A stretch of 64,000 bases of DNA. It comes from an uncultured Flavobacteriaceae bacterium (GTDB lineage Bacteria; Bacteroidota; Bacteroidia; Flavobacteriales; Flavobacteriaceae). The translations under genes and the position numbers were made by a program. This document shows positions 28,820 through 37,827 of this stretch, one piece after another; the first letter of the stretch is position 1, and every line of letters begins with the position of its first letter. Location: positions 17,120-81,119 of the forward strand of contig CANMSN010000008.1 of the NCBI GenBank assembly GCA_947500585.1. The letters run 5' to 3'. The notes under the pieces are model-generated. The model ran no database searches and had not been told where the DNA came from. It worked only from the letters and a program-made list of their open reading frames with translations.

Positions 28820-30061
28820 TTGAGAAATATTAAAAAATTATTAAAGAATAATAAAAGCCTTTTCGGTTTTATGGCTTTAAGTTATTTTGATAAAGCGGTG
28901 ATTTTTTTGTTACCTATTCTTGTATTACAATTATTCAAAGACCAAACGGTTTATTTATCTATTGAATACATTTATTCCATTACAATTGTAATAATACCTT
29001 TTTTAGATTTAGGGCTTATAGGCTTTTTTTTTTATATCCATAGGAATAGAAAAAATAAAAGAGAAATAATAAATGAAGTTACTAAAATATTCCATATTAT
29101 ATATATTGTATTATTTACTCTAGGCATCGGTATTATTTGTATTCATTTTTTTGTGTACAGCATTGATGATTACATTGTTTATATTGTTTCAAGAGCTATT
29201 TTTCTATCTACGTTTGCGTTTTTTTCTTCATATTATCGATTAAAAAACAAACCGGAAAAAGGTTTATTTGTTACCATTAGTGCAAATGGTATATCTCTAA
29301 TATTTTTATTTATTTATGTTTTATTAGGATTGGAATTTAATTTGTGGTTAATTTTTATAGGGCAAATTTTATTTTGTGTTCTTTATTTTTTAAAAACATC
29401 AAGATATTTAATTTTAAAGTGGAGTAAATATTACAAAAATCTACAATTTGGATCTCTTATTAAATCTTCGTTGTTGTTCTCTTGGCCCACTATATTACAA
29501 GTGTTTATAATGTTGTACATAGCTAATTATGGTAAAATTCATGCTTTAGATAATATGAGCTTAAACGACGGGGTATTATTGTCTTTGGTTCAACGTTTTT
29601 CAATGATCATTTTCCTAACCCATTCATCATTATTAGCCTATTTTATTAAAGAATTATATTCCGCTGAGGATATCCTTTCAATTAAGAAAAAAACCTTATT
29701 AAAGTATTTATATTTATTAATGACTTCAGTAGTTTTGGTTGTTTTAATTATTGGAGCTTATCTAATCTATAATATTGATGTATATGATTTAAAAAGAGCT
29801 TTCATAATTTCAGGATTAATAATAATTTATTCTTTTTTGAGTTGTTTTTTCTCCTATCTTGAAATGCATTATGGTAGAGAAAACAAAAATGTTATAAAAT
29901 TGTATCTAGCATTATTTATTGGAGTGGTCTTTATGTCGATTTTACAATTTTTAAAAATTGATTTTTTGGAAAGAATAACATTAGCAATGTTTGTTAGTAT
30001 ATTTTTAGCGCTAATTTTGAGTATAATAGTATTATATAAAAGAAAGTACAAGCTTATATAA
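28820..30061 (+). CDS. Polytopic membrane protein, Wzx-like oligosaccharide flippase candidate
   Basis: 413 aa with roughly 12 hydrophobic segments, in the position typical of wzx. The start is uncertain (TTG 28820 or ATG 28871). Confidence 0.5.
   Translation: MRNIKKLLKNNKSLFGFMALSYFDKAVIFLLPILVLQLFKDQTVYLSIEYIYSITIVIIPFLDLGLIGFFFYIHRNRKNKREIINEVTKIFHIIYIVLFTLGIGIICIHFFVYSIDDYIVYIVSRAIFLSTFAFFSSYYRLKNKPEKGLFVTISANGISLIFLFIYVLLGLEFNLWLIFIGQILFCVLYFLKTSRYLILKWSKYYKNLQFGSLIKSSLLFSWPTILQVFIMLYIANYGKIHALDNMSLNDGVLLSLVQRFSMIIFLTHSSLLAYFIKELYSAEDILSIKKKTLLKYLYLLMTSVVLVVLIIGAYLIYNIDVYDLKRAFIISGLIIIYSFLSCFFSYLEMHYGRENKNVIKLYLALFIGVVFMSILQFLKIDFLERITLAMFVSIFLALILSIIVLYKRKYKLI
29024..29033 (+). repeat. 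T10 homopolymer inside the Wzx-like CDS
   Basis: Counted directly; it encodes GFFFY. Confidence 0.95.
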
Positions 30062-30067
30062 AAAAGC

Positions 30068-31423
30068 ATGAAAATGAAGAAAGTATGTTTTATCGCGAAC
30101 TATTTTAAAACACATGTTTTTATTGAAGTTGCTAAAGAATTAAAACAGTATGGCATAATTTCATATTGGATTATTCCAAACCGCAAACAGTATTTAGAGT
30201 TAAAAACTAAATTTTCAAAAGATCGATTACTTTATATAGGTAAAAAGGAAGTATTATCATCTTCTCTTCAGAAGCATAATTTTGATCTTAAAATCAATGA
30301 ATTAGTTTATGGCGATAGAGTTCTTAAAGAAGAGCCTAAATCTTGGAGCTATGACTATTTGTTAAAATTACAACCTTTATATTATAATTTTATTAAAAGT
30401 AATGACATTAGTTTTGTTTTTGGAGAATTAACTTGGGCTCATGAATTGTTGGCTCATAGATTAACTTTAGCATCTAAGGAATTAGAATGCCAGTATCTTA
30501 ATCCACATACTATCAGGATTCCTAATGGGAGATTTGCCTTTTTCACTGATGAGTTTCAATCTAAAATCAAAGAAACTTTAAAACGGTCTAATATAAAGAC
30601 CCAGACTATTAAAATTGAAAAACCATCATATTTAGCTATAAATGACAAATTAATACTAAAAAAAGTGACTATAAAGCACAATTTATTATTAATAAAAAAT
30701 TTTATTTTAAGAACGAATCAAGACATTAATGACCCAACACTTTATACCAACCCATTAACACAATTGAAAATAAGAGTTCGTGAAGTTTGTAACCTTTTTT
30801 TATTTAAAAATTTTGTTTCTGAGACTCAATTAGAAGAGCTGCCAAAAGACAAAAAAATAATCCTTTTTACACTTCATAAACAACCTGAGGCATCTATTGA
30901 CGTTATTGGAAGGTACTATGAAAATCAATTAAATTTAGTAACTAATATATGGAGAATACTTCCAGAGGGTTATATTTTATTGGTGAAAGAACATTCTAAT
31001 GCTATAGGAGATAGAACTTTAAAGTTTTATAAAACAATTAAAAAATTACACAACACCTATCTAATTGATAACAAAGAAGATTCTCATAAACTGTTACATA
31101 AATGCGAAACTGTCTTTACGGTATCGGGTACTATTGCCTATGAAGCTGCATTAATGAAAAAAATTGCATTTACTTTTGCTCCTACATTTTTTAATAAATT
31201 GAAATATTGTAATGAAATATCTTGGCAAGATTTTAGAAACCATTCTTTAACCAATTTAATGGATAATCAAGCTAAAGGATTAAATGATGAAACTTTTTCT
31301 AATTGGTTGATAGAGAATTCTTTTGAAGGGATAATGTCAGATTCTCATGGTGACCCAAGATGTATGGAAAATCATAATATTTTAAAACTTTCAGAAGCAT
31401 TTTTAAATGTAATTTCAGAATGA
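30068..31423 (+). CDS. Capsule_synth (KpsS/KpsC-like) family protein; candidate ulosonic/nonulosonic acid transferase
   Basis: Soluble 451-aa protein. Motifs LFTLHKQPEASIDV, LLVKEHSNA and FTVSGTIAYEAALMKKIAF resemble KpsS-type transferases. Assignment is from memory of the family pattern. Confidence 0.4.
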   Translation: MKMKKVCFIANYFKTHVFIEVAKELKQYGIISYWIIPNRKQYLELKTKFSKDRLLYIGKKEVLSSSLQKHNFDLKINELVYGDRVLKEEPKSWSYDYLLKLQPLYYNFIKSNDISFVFGELTWAHELLAHRLTLASKELECQYLNPHTIRIPNGRFAFFTDEFQSKIKETLKRSNIKTQTIKIEKPSYLAINDKLILKKVTIKHNLLLIKNFILRTNQDINDPTLYTNPLTQLKIRVREVCNLFLFKNFVSETQLEELPKDKKIILFTLHKQPEASIDVIGRYYENQLNLVTNIWRILPEGYILLVKEHSNAIGDRTLKFYKTIKKLHNTYLIDNKEDSHKLLHKCETVFTVSGTIAYEAALMKKIAFTFAPTFFNKLKYCNEISWQDFRNHSLTNLMDNQAKGLNDETFSNWLIENSFEGIMSDSHGDPRCMENHNILKLSEAFLNVISE

Positions 31424-32688
31424 TATTAAAAAAGCAAAAGATTATTGAATATTTGATAATGCTTCTTATCATATTTTTAGCATTTACTAATGTATTTGTA
31501 TTCAGGACATCCAATTTTTCAATATCAATATATATTTTTTATGGTTCTTATTTTATTCTATTTGTCTCGTTATTAAAATTTAAAGCCCCGCCATTAAATA
31601 AATCCTTTCCCTTTTTAATCTTATTATATATTCTTTTTAGTTCATTATTAAACTTAGAAGATCTGAGAGTCACTTCAGTGATTTATTCCTTTTTATTTAT
31701 TGCATATTATATTTATCTAATTTCTTTTTCAAAGAAAAATTTATCTAAAGAAAAATTTATATGGGTGCTTAAATTTATTATAATTTCTTTTTTTATTGTA
31801 TTGTTATTATCACAATTTATAGTGCTTTTTAATTTACAAGAGCTAAAAAGTCCAAAAGGCTATTTTCAAAGCTCAGGCCAATTGGGAATTCTTTTTGATA
31901 AAAGAACAAATATTTTTAGATATCATTCGTTATCATCTGAACCATCATATGCGTCAATTATTGTTTTTTTATCTTTTACTGTTTTAAATGATCTTGTTAA
32001 GACAAAGAGAAGTCTTATATGGTATGGATTACTTGTATTGTATATGTTATTAAGTTTTAAATCATCCATGGGCTTTTTAATTTTATGCATATGGCTTATT
32101 AGCCAAATCACATTCTCTAAAAAACATTTTATAATTTTAGGCATAATAGTTTTTGTAGGAACTATATTGTTTTTTTTTACAAGTATAGGAGGTAAAAGTG
32201 TTGACAGACTCCGTGAAATTGTATTTCTTTTATTTTCTTTTAATGGAAATTTTCTTGAGAAACTAAACTTATTAGATTCAAGCGTTTATGCAAGAATAGG
32301 GCCTTTAATAGTCTATTTACAAGGCGTCGATATATTTAATTTTCATACTTACTTTGGTTACGGAGCATCTACATCAGAAGCTTTTTTCTCTAAACTAATA
32401 TATCCAGAAGTTTGGAATACACATATGGTCTTTAAACCCCCTTTTTTTCCTGGGTTTTTGTACGATTATGGCTTATTTGGAGTTTTGGCAATTTTCTATT
32501 TAATTTGGAGTATTGTAAAGCATGAGCGTTTTTTTTTAAAAATAGTATGTATTATTATTATGCTAAACAGTAATTTCAACACCCAATTATTTTGGTTTGT
32601 TGTTACATTAATTACCTTAAAGGGTATATTTGGTGTTTCAAAAAACACAATGAAAGTACCCAAAGTTGAAAATGAAATTAGAATTTAA
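31420..32688 (+). CDS. Polytopic membrane protein, Wzy-like O-antigen polymerase candidate (1 of 3)
   Basis: 422 aa with more than 10 TM segments and a larger loop near the C-terminal third. ATGA overlap with the upstream gene. Confidence 0.45.
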   Translation: MILKKQKIIEYLIMLLIIFLAFTNVFVFRTSNFSISIYIFYGSYFILFVSLLKFKAPPLNKSFPFLILLYILFSSLLNLEDLRVTSVIYSFLFIAYYIYLISFSKKNLSKEKFIWVLKFIIISFFIVLLLSQFIVLFNLQELKSPKGYFQSSGQLGILFDKRTNIFRYHSLSSEPSYASIIVFLSFTVLNDLVKTKRSLIWYGLLVLYMLLSFKSSMGFLILCIWLISQITFSKKHFIILGIIVFVGTILFFFTSIGGKSVDRLREIVFLLFSFNGNFLEKLNLLDSSVYARIGPLIVYLQGVDIFNFHTYFGYGASTSEAFFSKLIYPEVWNTHMVFKPPFFPGFLYDYGLFGVLAIFYLIWSIVKHERFFLKIVCIIIMLNSNFNTQLFWFVVTLITLKGIFGVSKNTMKVPKVENEIRI

Positions 32689-33751
32689 TTCATATTTAAG
32701 CAAAAAAATTAGGATTATTTCTTTTTTTTCAATTATCATGGTTGTTTTTATACACTCATATAATAATATAATTAATTTAAATAGTGTTTCAAAAAGAATT
32801 GAATGGGAGTTTAATTTATTTTTTCAGAATTTATTTAGTAATGGAATAACAAGAATAGCTGTACCTATATTTTTTCTTTTATCAGGATTACTTTTTTTTA
32901 AAGATTTCAATACAAATTCTGAAATAACACACAAGTTTTTTGTTAAAATAAAAAAGAGGATTAGAACATTATTTATTCCTTATATGTTTTGGTCGCTTTT
33001 AGGTGTTGTAATTTATTACTGTTTGCAAACTGCTTCGGTTTCAAAACTATTTTTCACTAAAGAGTTAATTGTCAATTATTCATTAGGGCAATTATTAAAT
33101 AGAATATTTATAGACCCAATACCATATCAACTCTGGTTTATTAGAGATTTAATGCTATTAGTCTTTATATCTCCAATATTATATTTTCTTCTCAAAAAAA
33201 CTTTTATATTATATATTTCAATCATTTTAATGTCCTTTTTATGGATACTAGAATATGATTTAGTTTTTATTTCTAATGAATCTTTACTTTTTTTCACTGT
33301 AGGTTCAATTTTGGGAATAAAAAATTTAAATATTGATATAAGGCTTTCAGTAAAGACTATATTTATTGGAGCTTTTACTTGGATATTGTTAATTGTAGTT
33401 AAAATAGCACTTAAAGGAATAGAAATTAACACAAATGTTCTTGTCTTGCTTCATAAAACATCTATTATTATTGGAGTCTTAGTAATATGGTTTGCATATG
33501 ATATAAAATCCTATAAATTAAAGATATCAGAAGGAATAATTAGTTTCACATTTTTTATATATGTATTTCACGAGCCGTTGCTCACAATATTAAAAAAAGG
33601 CTTTTATTTTTTATTTGGTATAAGCGAATTAAGTTCATTTATAATTTATATTTTTGCTCCTTTCATTGCTATCGGAATTTCAATATTGACAGGTTATTTT
33701 TTGAAAAAAAAAGCAAACACTTTTTATAAGTTAATTACAGGGAATAGGTAA
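32666..33751 (+). CDS. Acyltransferase family 3 (membrane O-acyltransferase) candidate
   Basis: 361 aa with about 10 TM segments. The first TM ends in the VVFIHS motif seen in Acyl_transf_3 proteins. Confidence 0.5.
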   Translation: MKMKLEFNSYLSKKIRIISFFSIIMVVFIHSYNNIINLNSVSKRIEWEFNLFFQNLFSNGITRIAVPIFFLLSGLLFFKDFNTNSEITHKFFVKIKKRIRTLFIPYMFWSLLGVVIYYCLQTASVSKLFFTKELIVNYSLGQLLNRIFIDPIPYQLWFIRDLMLLVFISPILYFLLKKTFILYISIILMSFLWILEYDLVFISNESLLFFTVGSILGIKNLNIDIRLSVKTIFIGAFTWILLIVVKIALKGIEINTNVLVLLHKTSIIIGVLVIWFAYDIKSYKLKISEGIISFTFFIYVFHEPLLTILKKGFYFLFGISELSSFIIYIFAPFIAIGISILTGYFLKKKANTFYKLITGNR

Positions 33752-33763
33752 ACAAATTAAACC

Positions 33764-34873
33764 ATGTTTAGAAAGCTAAATATACTAGTCGATATGCATG
33801 TTTTTGATGGAAAACATCAAGGAACAAGAACATATTTAAAAGGAATATATAGTTCACTTTTTCAAATCACAGAAAAACATCATTTTTTTTTAGTTGCAAC
33901 GAATATTGATAACTTAAAATATGAATTTGGAGAACATGATAATGTTAGTTACATTAAATTAAAGTATCACAACAAATTTTATCGACTTCTTATTGAGCTA
34001 CCTTTTTTAATTAGAAAACACAATATAGATTATGCTCATTTTCAGTATGTAGTACCACTATTTAAAAACTGCAAGTATATTGTAACAATACATGATATCC
34101 TTTTTGAAGAGAAAGAATTTAAAGTTTTTTTCCCAATAAAATATCGATTAATTAACAGTTTGTTTTTTAGGTATTCTGCAAAAAAAGCAGACGTATTACT
34201 TACGGTTTCTGAATATTCAAAAAAGAAGATTTCTGAGATTTACAATATTTCTACTGATGTTATTCATATTACACCAAATGCAGTTGACAAAAGTTTTAAA
34301 AAACTAGATTTGGCAGCTGAATACACTGAAAAAACAAATGTAATCTTGTATGTTTCACGAGTTGAACCCAGAAAGAATCACCTCACTTTAATTCGAGCAT
34401 TTTTAGAACTTAAACTTCATAAACAAGGTTACAAATTAGTTTTAATTGGTTCTCATGATTTCCCAAGTAACAAGCTTTTACAGTATGTTAAAGATAATGA
34501 AGAAATTTTAAGAGAGTCAGTAATTTGGAAGAGTGATATGTCATTTGAAAGTATTAAATATTATTATGCAAATTGTGATCTTTTTGTTTTTCCTTCCTAT
34601 GCTGAAGGTTTTGGTATTCCTGTTTTAGAAGCAATGACTTTTAATAGAAAAGTAGTTGTTTCAAACCAAACTGCAATGAAAGATTTTAATTTGGATGAAG
34701 AGTTAACATTCAATCCGTATAATTTGGAAGACTTAAAGTTGAAAATTAAAAAGGCTTTGTTTAATGATATGAACGTACATAGTATGGGGTATTCAAAAAT
34801 CTTATCCAAATATACATGGGATAATAGCGCTGCAATACTATTAAATTTAATTTCTTCTTATGATGAAATTTAA
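33764..34873 (+). CDS. Glycosyltransferase family 4 (GT-B, retaining)
   Basis: C-terminal E-x7-E region with FPSYAEGFGIPVLEAM. Confidence 0.85.
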   Translation: MFRKLNILVDMHVFDGKHQGTRTYLKGIYSSLFQITEKHHFFLVATNIDNLKYEFGEHDNVSYIKLKYHNKFYRLLIELPFLIRKHNIDYAHFQYVVPLFKNCKYIVTIHDILFEEKEFKVFFPIKYRLINSLFFRYSAKKADVLLTVSEYSKKKISEIYNISTDVIHITPNAVDKSFKKLDLAAEYTEKTNVILYVSRVEPRKNHLTLIRAFLELKLHKQGYKLVLIGSHDFPSNKLLQYVKDNEEILRESVIWKSDMSFESIKYYYANCDLFVFPSYAEGFGIPVLEAMTFNRKVVVSNQTAMKDFNLDEELTFNPYNLEDLKLKIKKALFNDMNVHSMGYSKILSKYTWDNSAAILLNLISSYDEI

Positions 34874-36614
34874 AATAAAGAAGAGACTAATTTTTTTGTT
34901 GCTATTTACATTAACGGTATACTGTTGTATATATTTAGTTTCTAATTATCAGTTTGTTAATGAGTCCGTTAGTGGGATTAAAGTAGAACTAAATAGCGAA
35001 GCGCTTGATAAAGGCATTCCTTTACTTTATACAAACAGAAACAATGAGGCAATCATTGATCTTCAAAAACCCTACAGGTTTCAAAAAATAAACGATTCCG
35101 TAATTGTGCTTAATGGGCTTGAGGAAATAGGTATTTCAAAATTTAGGGTTTATTTTGAATATCAAGGAAATAATTTTAGACTTAAAAAACTAACACTTTT
35201 CAGTAAAAATTTATCAAAAGAAATAACTTTAAATAGTATTAAAGCATATGAGGGTATAAAAAAACAAGATAATTTGTTTTTTGATGTAAAATCAAAGAAT
35301 GCCTTTATTGAATACCCCTATATTTTAATTAATAAAGTACCATACTTAAAAATTATTCTTGGAATTTCTTTTTTTGTATTCATGTTAAATTTGATTTTAC
35401 AGAAAACAGAAATTTTAGATTTACTGTTTAAAATAAGAAAAAAAGATATTTTATTCTCTATTTTTTTATTCTCTATTTTTTTATTTGCTCCTTTATATAA
35501 TATTGCTCTTATTATTGCTCTTATTTTTTATATAAGGTATTTTGACTGGAAATTATTTAAAAAGAATAATATAAATTTTCTGTTTGTAATATTGTTTTTA
35601 GTTTATTTGTTAAACAACATTTTTATAAATTCAAATGCTGTTAACGAGTTTTCAACAGTTGAAAGATTGGTGCCATTTGTATTAATACCAGTTTTAATGG
35701 CGTCGGTTAAATTTGATAATGCGCTTTATTATTTAATGTTATCTGCATTATCTATTGCTTTTGTTTTAGTTGCCACTTCGTTATTGGATTTTATTATTCT
35801 TGGAAGGAATGAGTACTTTTCATTTAAAGAGTTTTCAAATAATTATCATCCAGTATATTTGTCCTACTTGTTTTTTTTAGTAATTTGTTTTTTACAACAA
35901 TATTATTACGGAAAAGAAAAGTATTTTTTGCAAGCTATATTTTTTGTTTTTCTAGTATTTTTAGGTTCAAAGCTTGTTTTACTAGTAGCTCTCCCATTAT
36001 ACCTTTTGTTTTTTTTTAGAATTAAAAGGAATCCAATAGTTTATATAATTTTAGGGTTAATAATTTTATCTTCAATATTTTTATTTAAACCTTTACAAAA
36101 CAGGTTTAGCGATATTTTAAATTTTAATGATTTAAGCATATTAAAAGAAACTAAGATTCATGACTCAAATGACTTAAGAATTAATGGTTTAACCTTGAGG
36201 CTTATACTTTGGAAAGAAACAATAGCATCAATGGATGGTTTAGATGAATTTATTTTTGGGAATGGTGTTTCTAAATTTAAATCAAAAGACCTAATGATCA
36301 GGTTAACTAAACTTGGATTGATTCATCACAATGGATTAAACCCACATAATCAATACATTGATACATTTTGGCGGACGGGTTTTATTGGATTACTAATACT
36401 ATTGTTAATATTTATAAATACGCTGATGATTAGTATAAAGAATAAAGATAAGTTATTACTAATTTTTACGTTATTCTTAATGTTTAGTTTAGTTACAGAA
36501 TCAGTCTTTGGGAGAGTTAGAGGAGTATATTTTATTACTACAGTATTATTAATTCTAACTAACACTAATTTTCATTATGAATATAAAAAACAATATAGTA
36601 AGAGGTTAATTTAA
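34860..36614 (+). CDS. Wzy_C (O-antigen ligase/polymerase/O-OTase family) membrane protein with an extra N-terminal extracytoplasmic domain (2 of 3)
   Basis: 584 aa: one TM, then about 130 soluble residues, then more than 10 TMs. A loop carries HHNGLNPHNQYIDTFWRTGFIG, typical of Wzy_C. Confidence 0.55.
   Translation: MMKFKIKKRLIFLLLFTLTVYCCIYLVSNYQFVNESVSGIKVELNSEALDKGIPLLYTNRNNEAIIDLQKPYRFQKINDSVIVLNGLEEIGISKFRVYFEYQGNNFRLKKLTLFSKNLSKEITLNSIKAYEGIKKQDNLFFDVKSKNAFIEYPYILINKVPYLKIILGISFFVFMLNLILQKTEILDLLFKIRKKDILFSIFLFSIFLFAPLYNIALIIALIFYIRYFDWKLFKKNNINFLFVILFLVYLLNNIFINSNAVNEFSTVERLVPFVLIPVLMASVKFDNALYYLMLSALSIAFVLVATSLLDFIILGRNEYFSFKEFSNNYHPVYLSYLFFLVICFLQQYYYGKEKYFLQAIFFVFLVFLGSKLVLLVALPLYLLFFFRIKRNPIVYIILGLIILSSIFLFKPLQNRFSDILNFNDLSILKETKIHDSNDLRINGLTLRLILWKETIASMDGLDEFIFGNGVSKFKSKDLMIRLTKLGLIHHNGLNPHNQYIDTFWRTGFIGLLILLLIFINTLMISIKNKDKLLLIFTLFLMFSLVTESVFGRVRGVYFITTVLLILTNTNFHYEYKKQYSKRLI
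35451..35480 (+). repeat. Perfect 15-bp tandem duplication (TTATTCTCTATTTTT x2, partial third unit)
   Basis: Read directly. It is in frame and encodes FSIFL-FSIFL within a TM region. Confidence 0.95.
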
Positions 36615-36647
36615 ACTTCTTATAATCAAATAAAATTATATATAGAT

Positions 36648-37805
36648 TTGACAAAGTCATTAAATGTTAAAACCTTATTCAATAATTACCAGCTTGTAGT
36701 TTTTGGTTTTATTGTACTTAGTTTTGGTTTTGATTTTATTAATAAAATAGACATTTTTTATGACTTAGAATTAATGAAGTATAGTAAATTTTTTAAAATT
36801 ATATTTCTATTATATGCTTTAATATTTAGCATTATGCATTCAACATATATCTATAAAAATTTTAAACTTTTATGCTTTACTATTTTATTACTCTCAGTGA
36901 TTTTTCTTTTAAAGAATAATTTTTCTGAGCGTTATACTATTGAATATATTAGATATGTTTTTCCTTTATCTGTTTTTCCTCTAATTTGTTTCGCTTACAT
37001 AAATAGAAGCAGGGAATTATTAGATAAACTTTATAAGTTTTTTAAATGGTTTATTATTTTAAATACGATTTTTATTTTAGTAGGCCTTTTGTTTGAAATA
37101 AAAGCTTTTAGAGTTTATCCTTTTGGTAGGTTTGGCTATAATGGTGTCATTTTAAGTCAAGGAGTTACACCATATATTTATTTATGTTCAATAACGTTAT
37201 TTTGGGTTTTTAAAGATAAAAAAATGTTAATCCTTACAATATTTGTGTCTATTTTATCCGGAGTTAAAGGCGTATATTTTGTAGAATTTTTGTTCTTTAG
37301 TTTAGTTGTTTTTTTTAATAATAATGTTACTAAAATATTTAAAATAAAAATTTTAGTAACATTATTCATTAGTTTCATAATATCAATTATAGGTTTGTTT
37401 CTTACCCCATTATTTCGAAATGTGATTCAGTCTGACGGAATATTTTCGGCAATTTCATCCTACAGAAATGTTTATACTTTAAATCTTTTGAAAGAAATAA
37501 CTCCAGATAATTATAATATATTTATAGGAACTATAACGTTACAAAAAGTGAGACTAGAATTACTCATAATTGATCTTCTTTTATTTTTTGGCATTACGGG
37601 GTTAATTGCTTATTTAATCTTTTTAAGATCATTATTTAAGAGCTTAATAAAAAGCAACTTGTCTAAATTTTTTTTTGCAAGTATTTTACTGCTTTCTTTG
37701 TTAAGTGGAAATCTTTTGAACGTTCCATTATCATTAATATTAATGTTTTTAGTGTTGATAGCACTTAGAGGCAATAGTGAGTGTAAAAAACTAAATAATA
37801 TATAA
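36648..37805 (+). CDS. Polytopic membrane protein, possible third Wzy-like polymerase
   Basis: 385 aa with about 10 TM segments and a TTG start. No diagnostic motif recognised. Confidence 0.3.
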   Translation: MTKSLNVKTLFNNYQLVVFGFIVLSFGFDFINKIDIFYDLELMKYSKFFKIIFLLYALIFSIMHSTYIYKNFKLLCFTILLLSVIFLLKNNFSERYTIEYIRYVFPLSVFPLICFAYINRSRELLDKLYKFFKWFIILNTIFILVGLLFEIKAFRVYPFGRFGYNGVILSQGVTPYIYLCSITLFWVFKDKKMLILTIFVSILSGVKGVYFVEFLFFSLVVFFNNNVTKIFKIKILVTLFISFIISIIGLFLTPLFRNVIQSDGIFSAISSYRNVYTLNLLKEITPDNYNIFIGTITLQKVRLELLIIDLLLFFGITGLIAYLIFLRSLFKSLIKSNLSKFFFASILLLSLLSGNLLNVPLSLILMFLVLIALRGNSECKKLNNI

Positions 37806-37827
37806 CTTAAAAGTTAGATAATAATTT

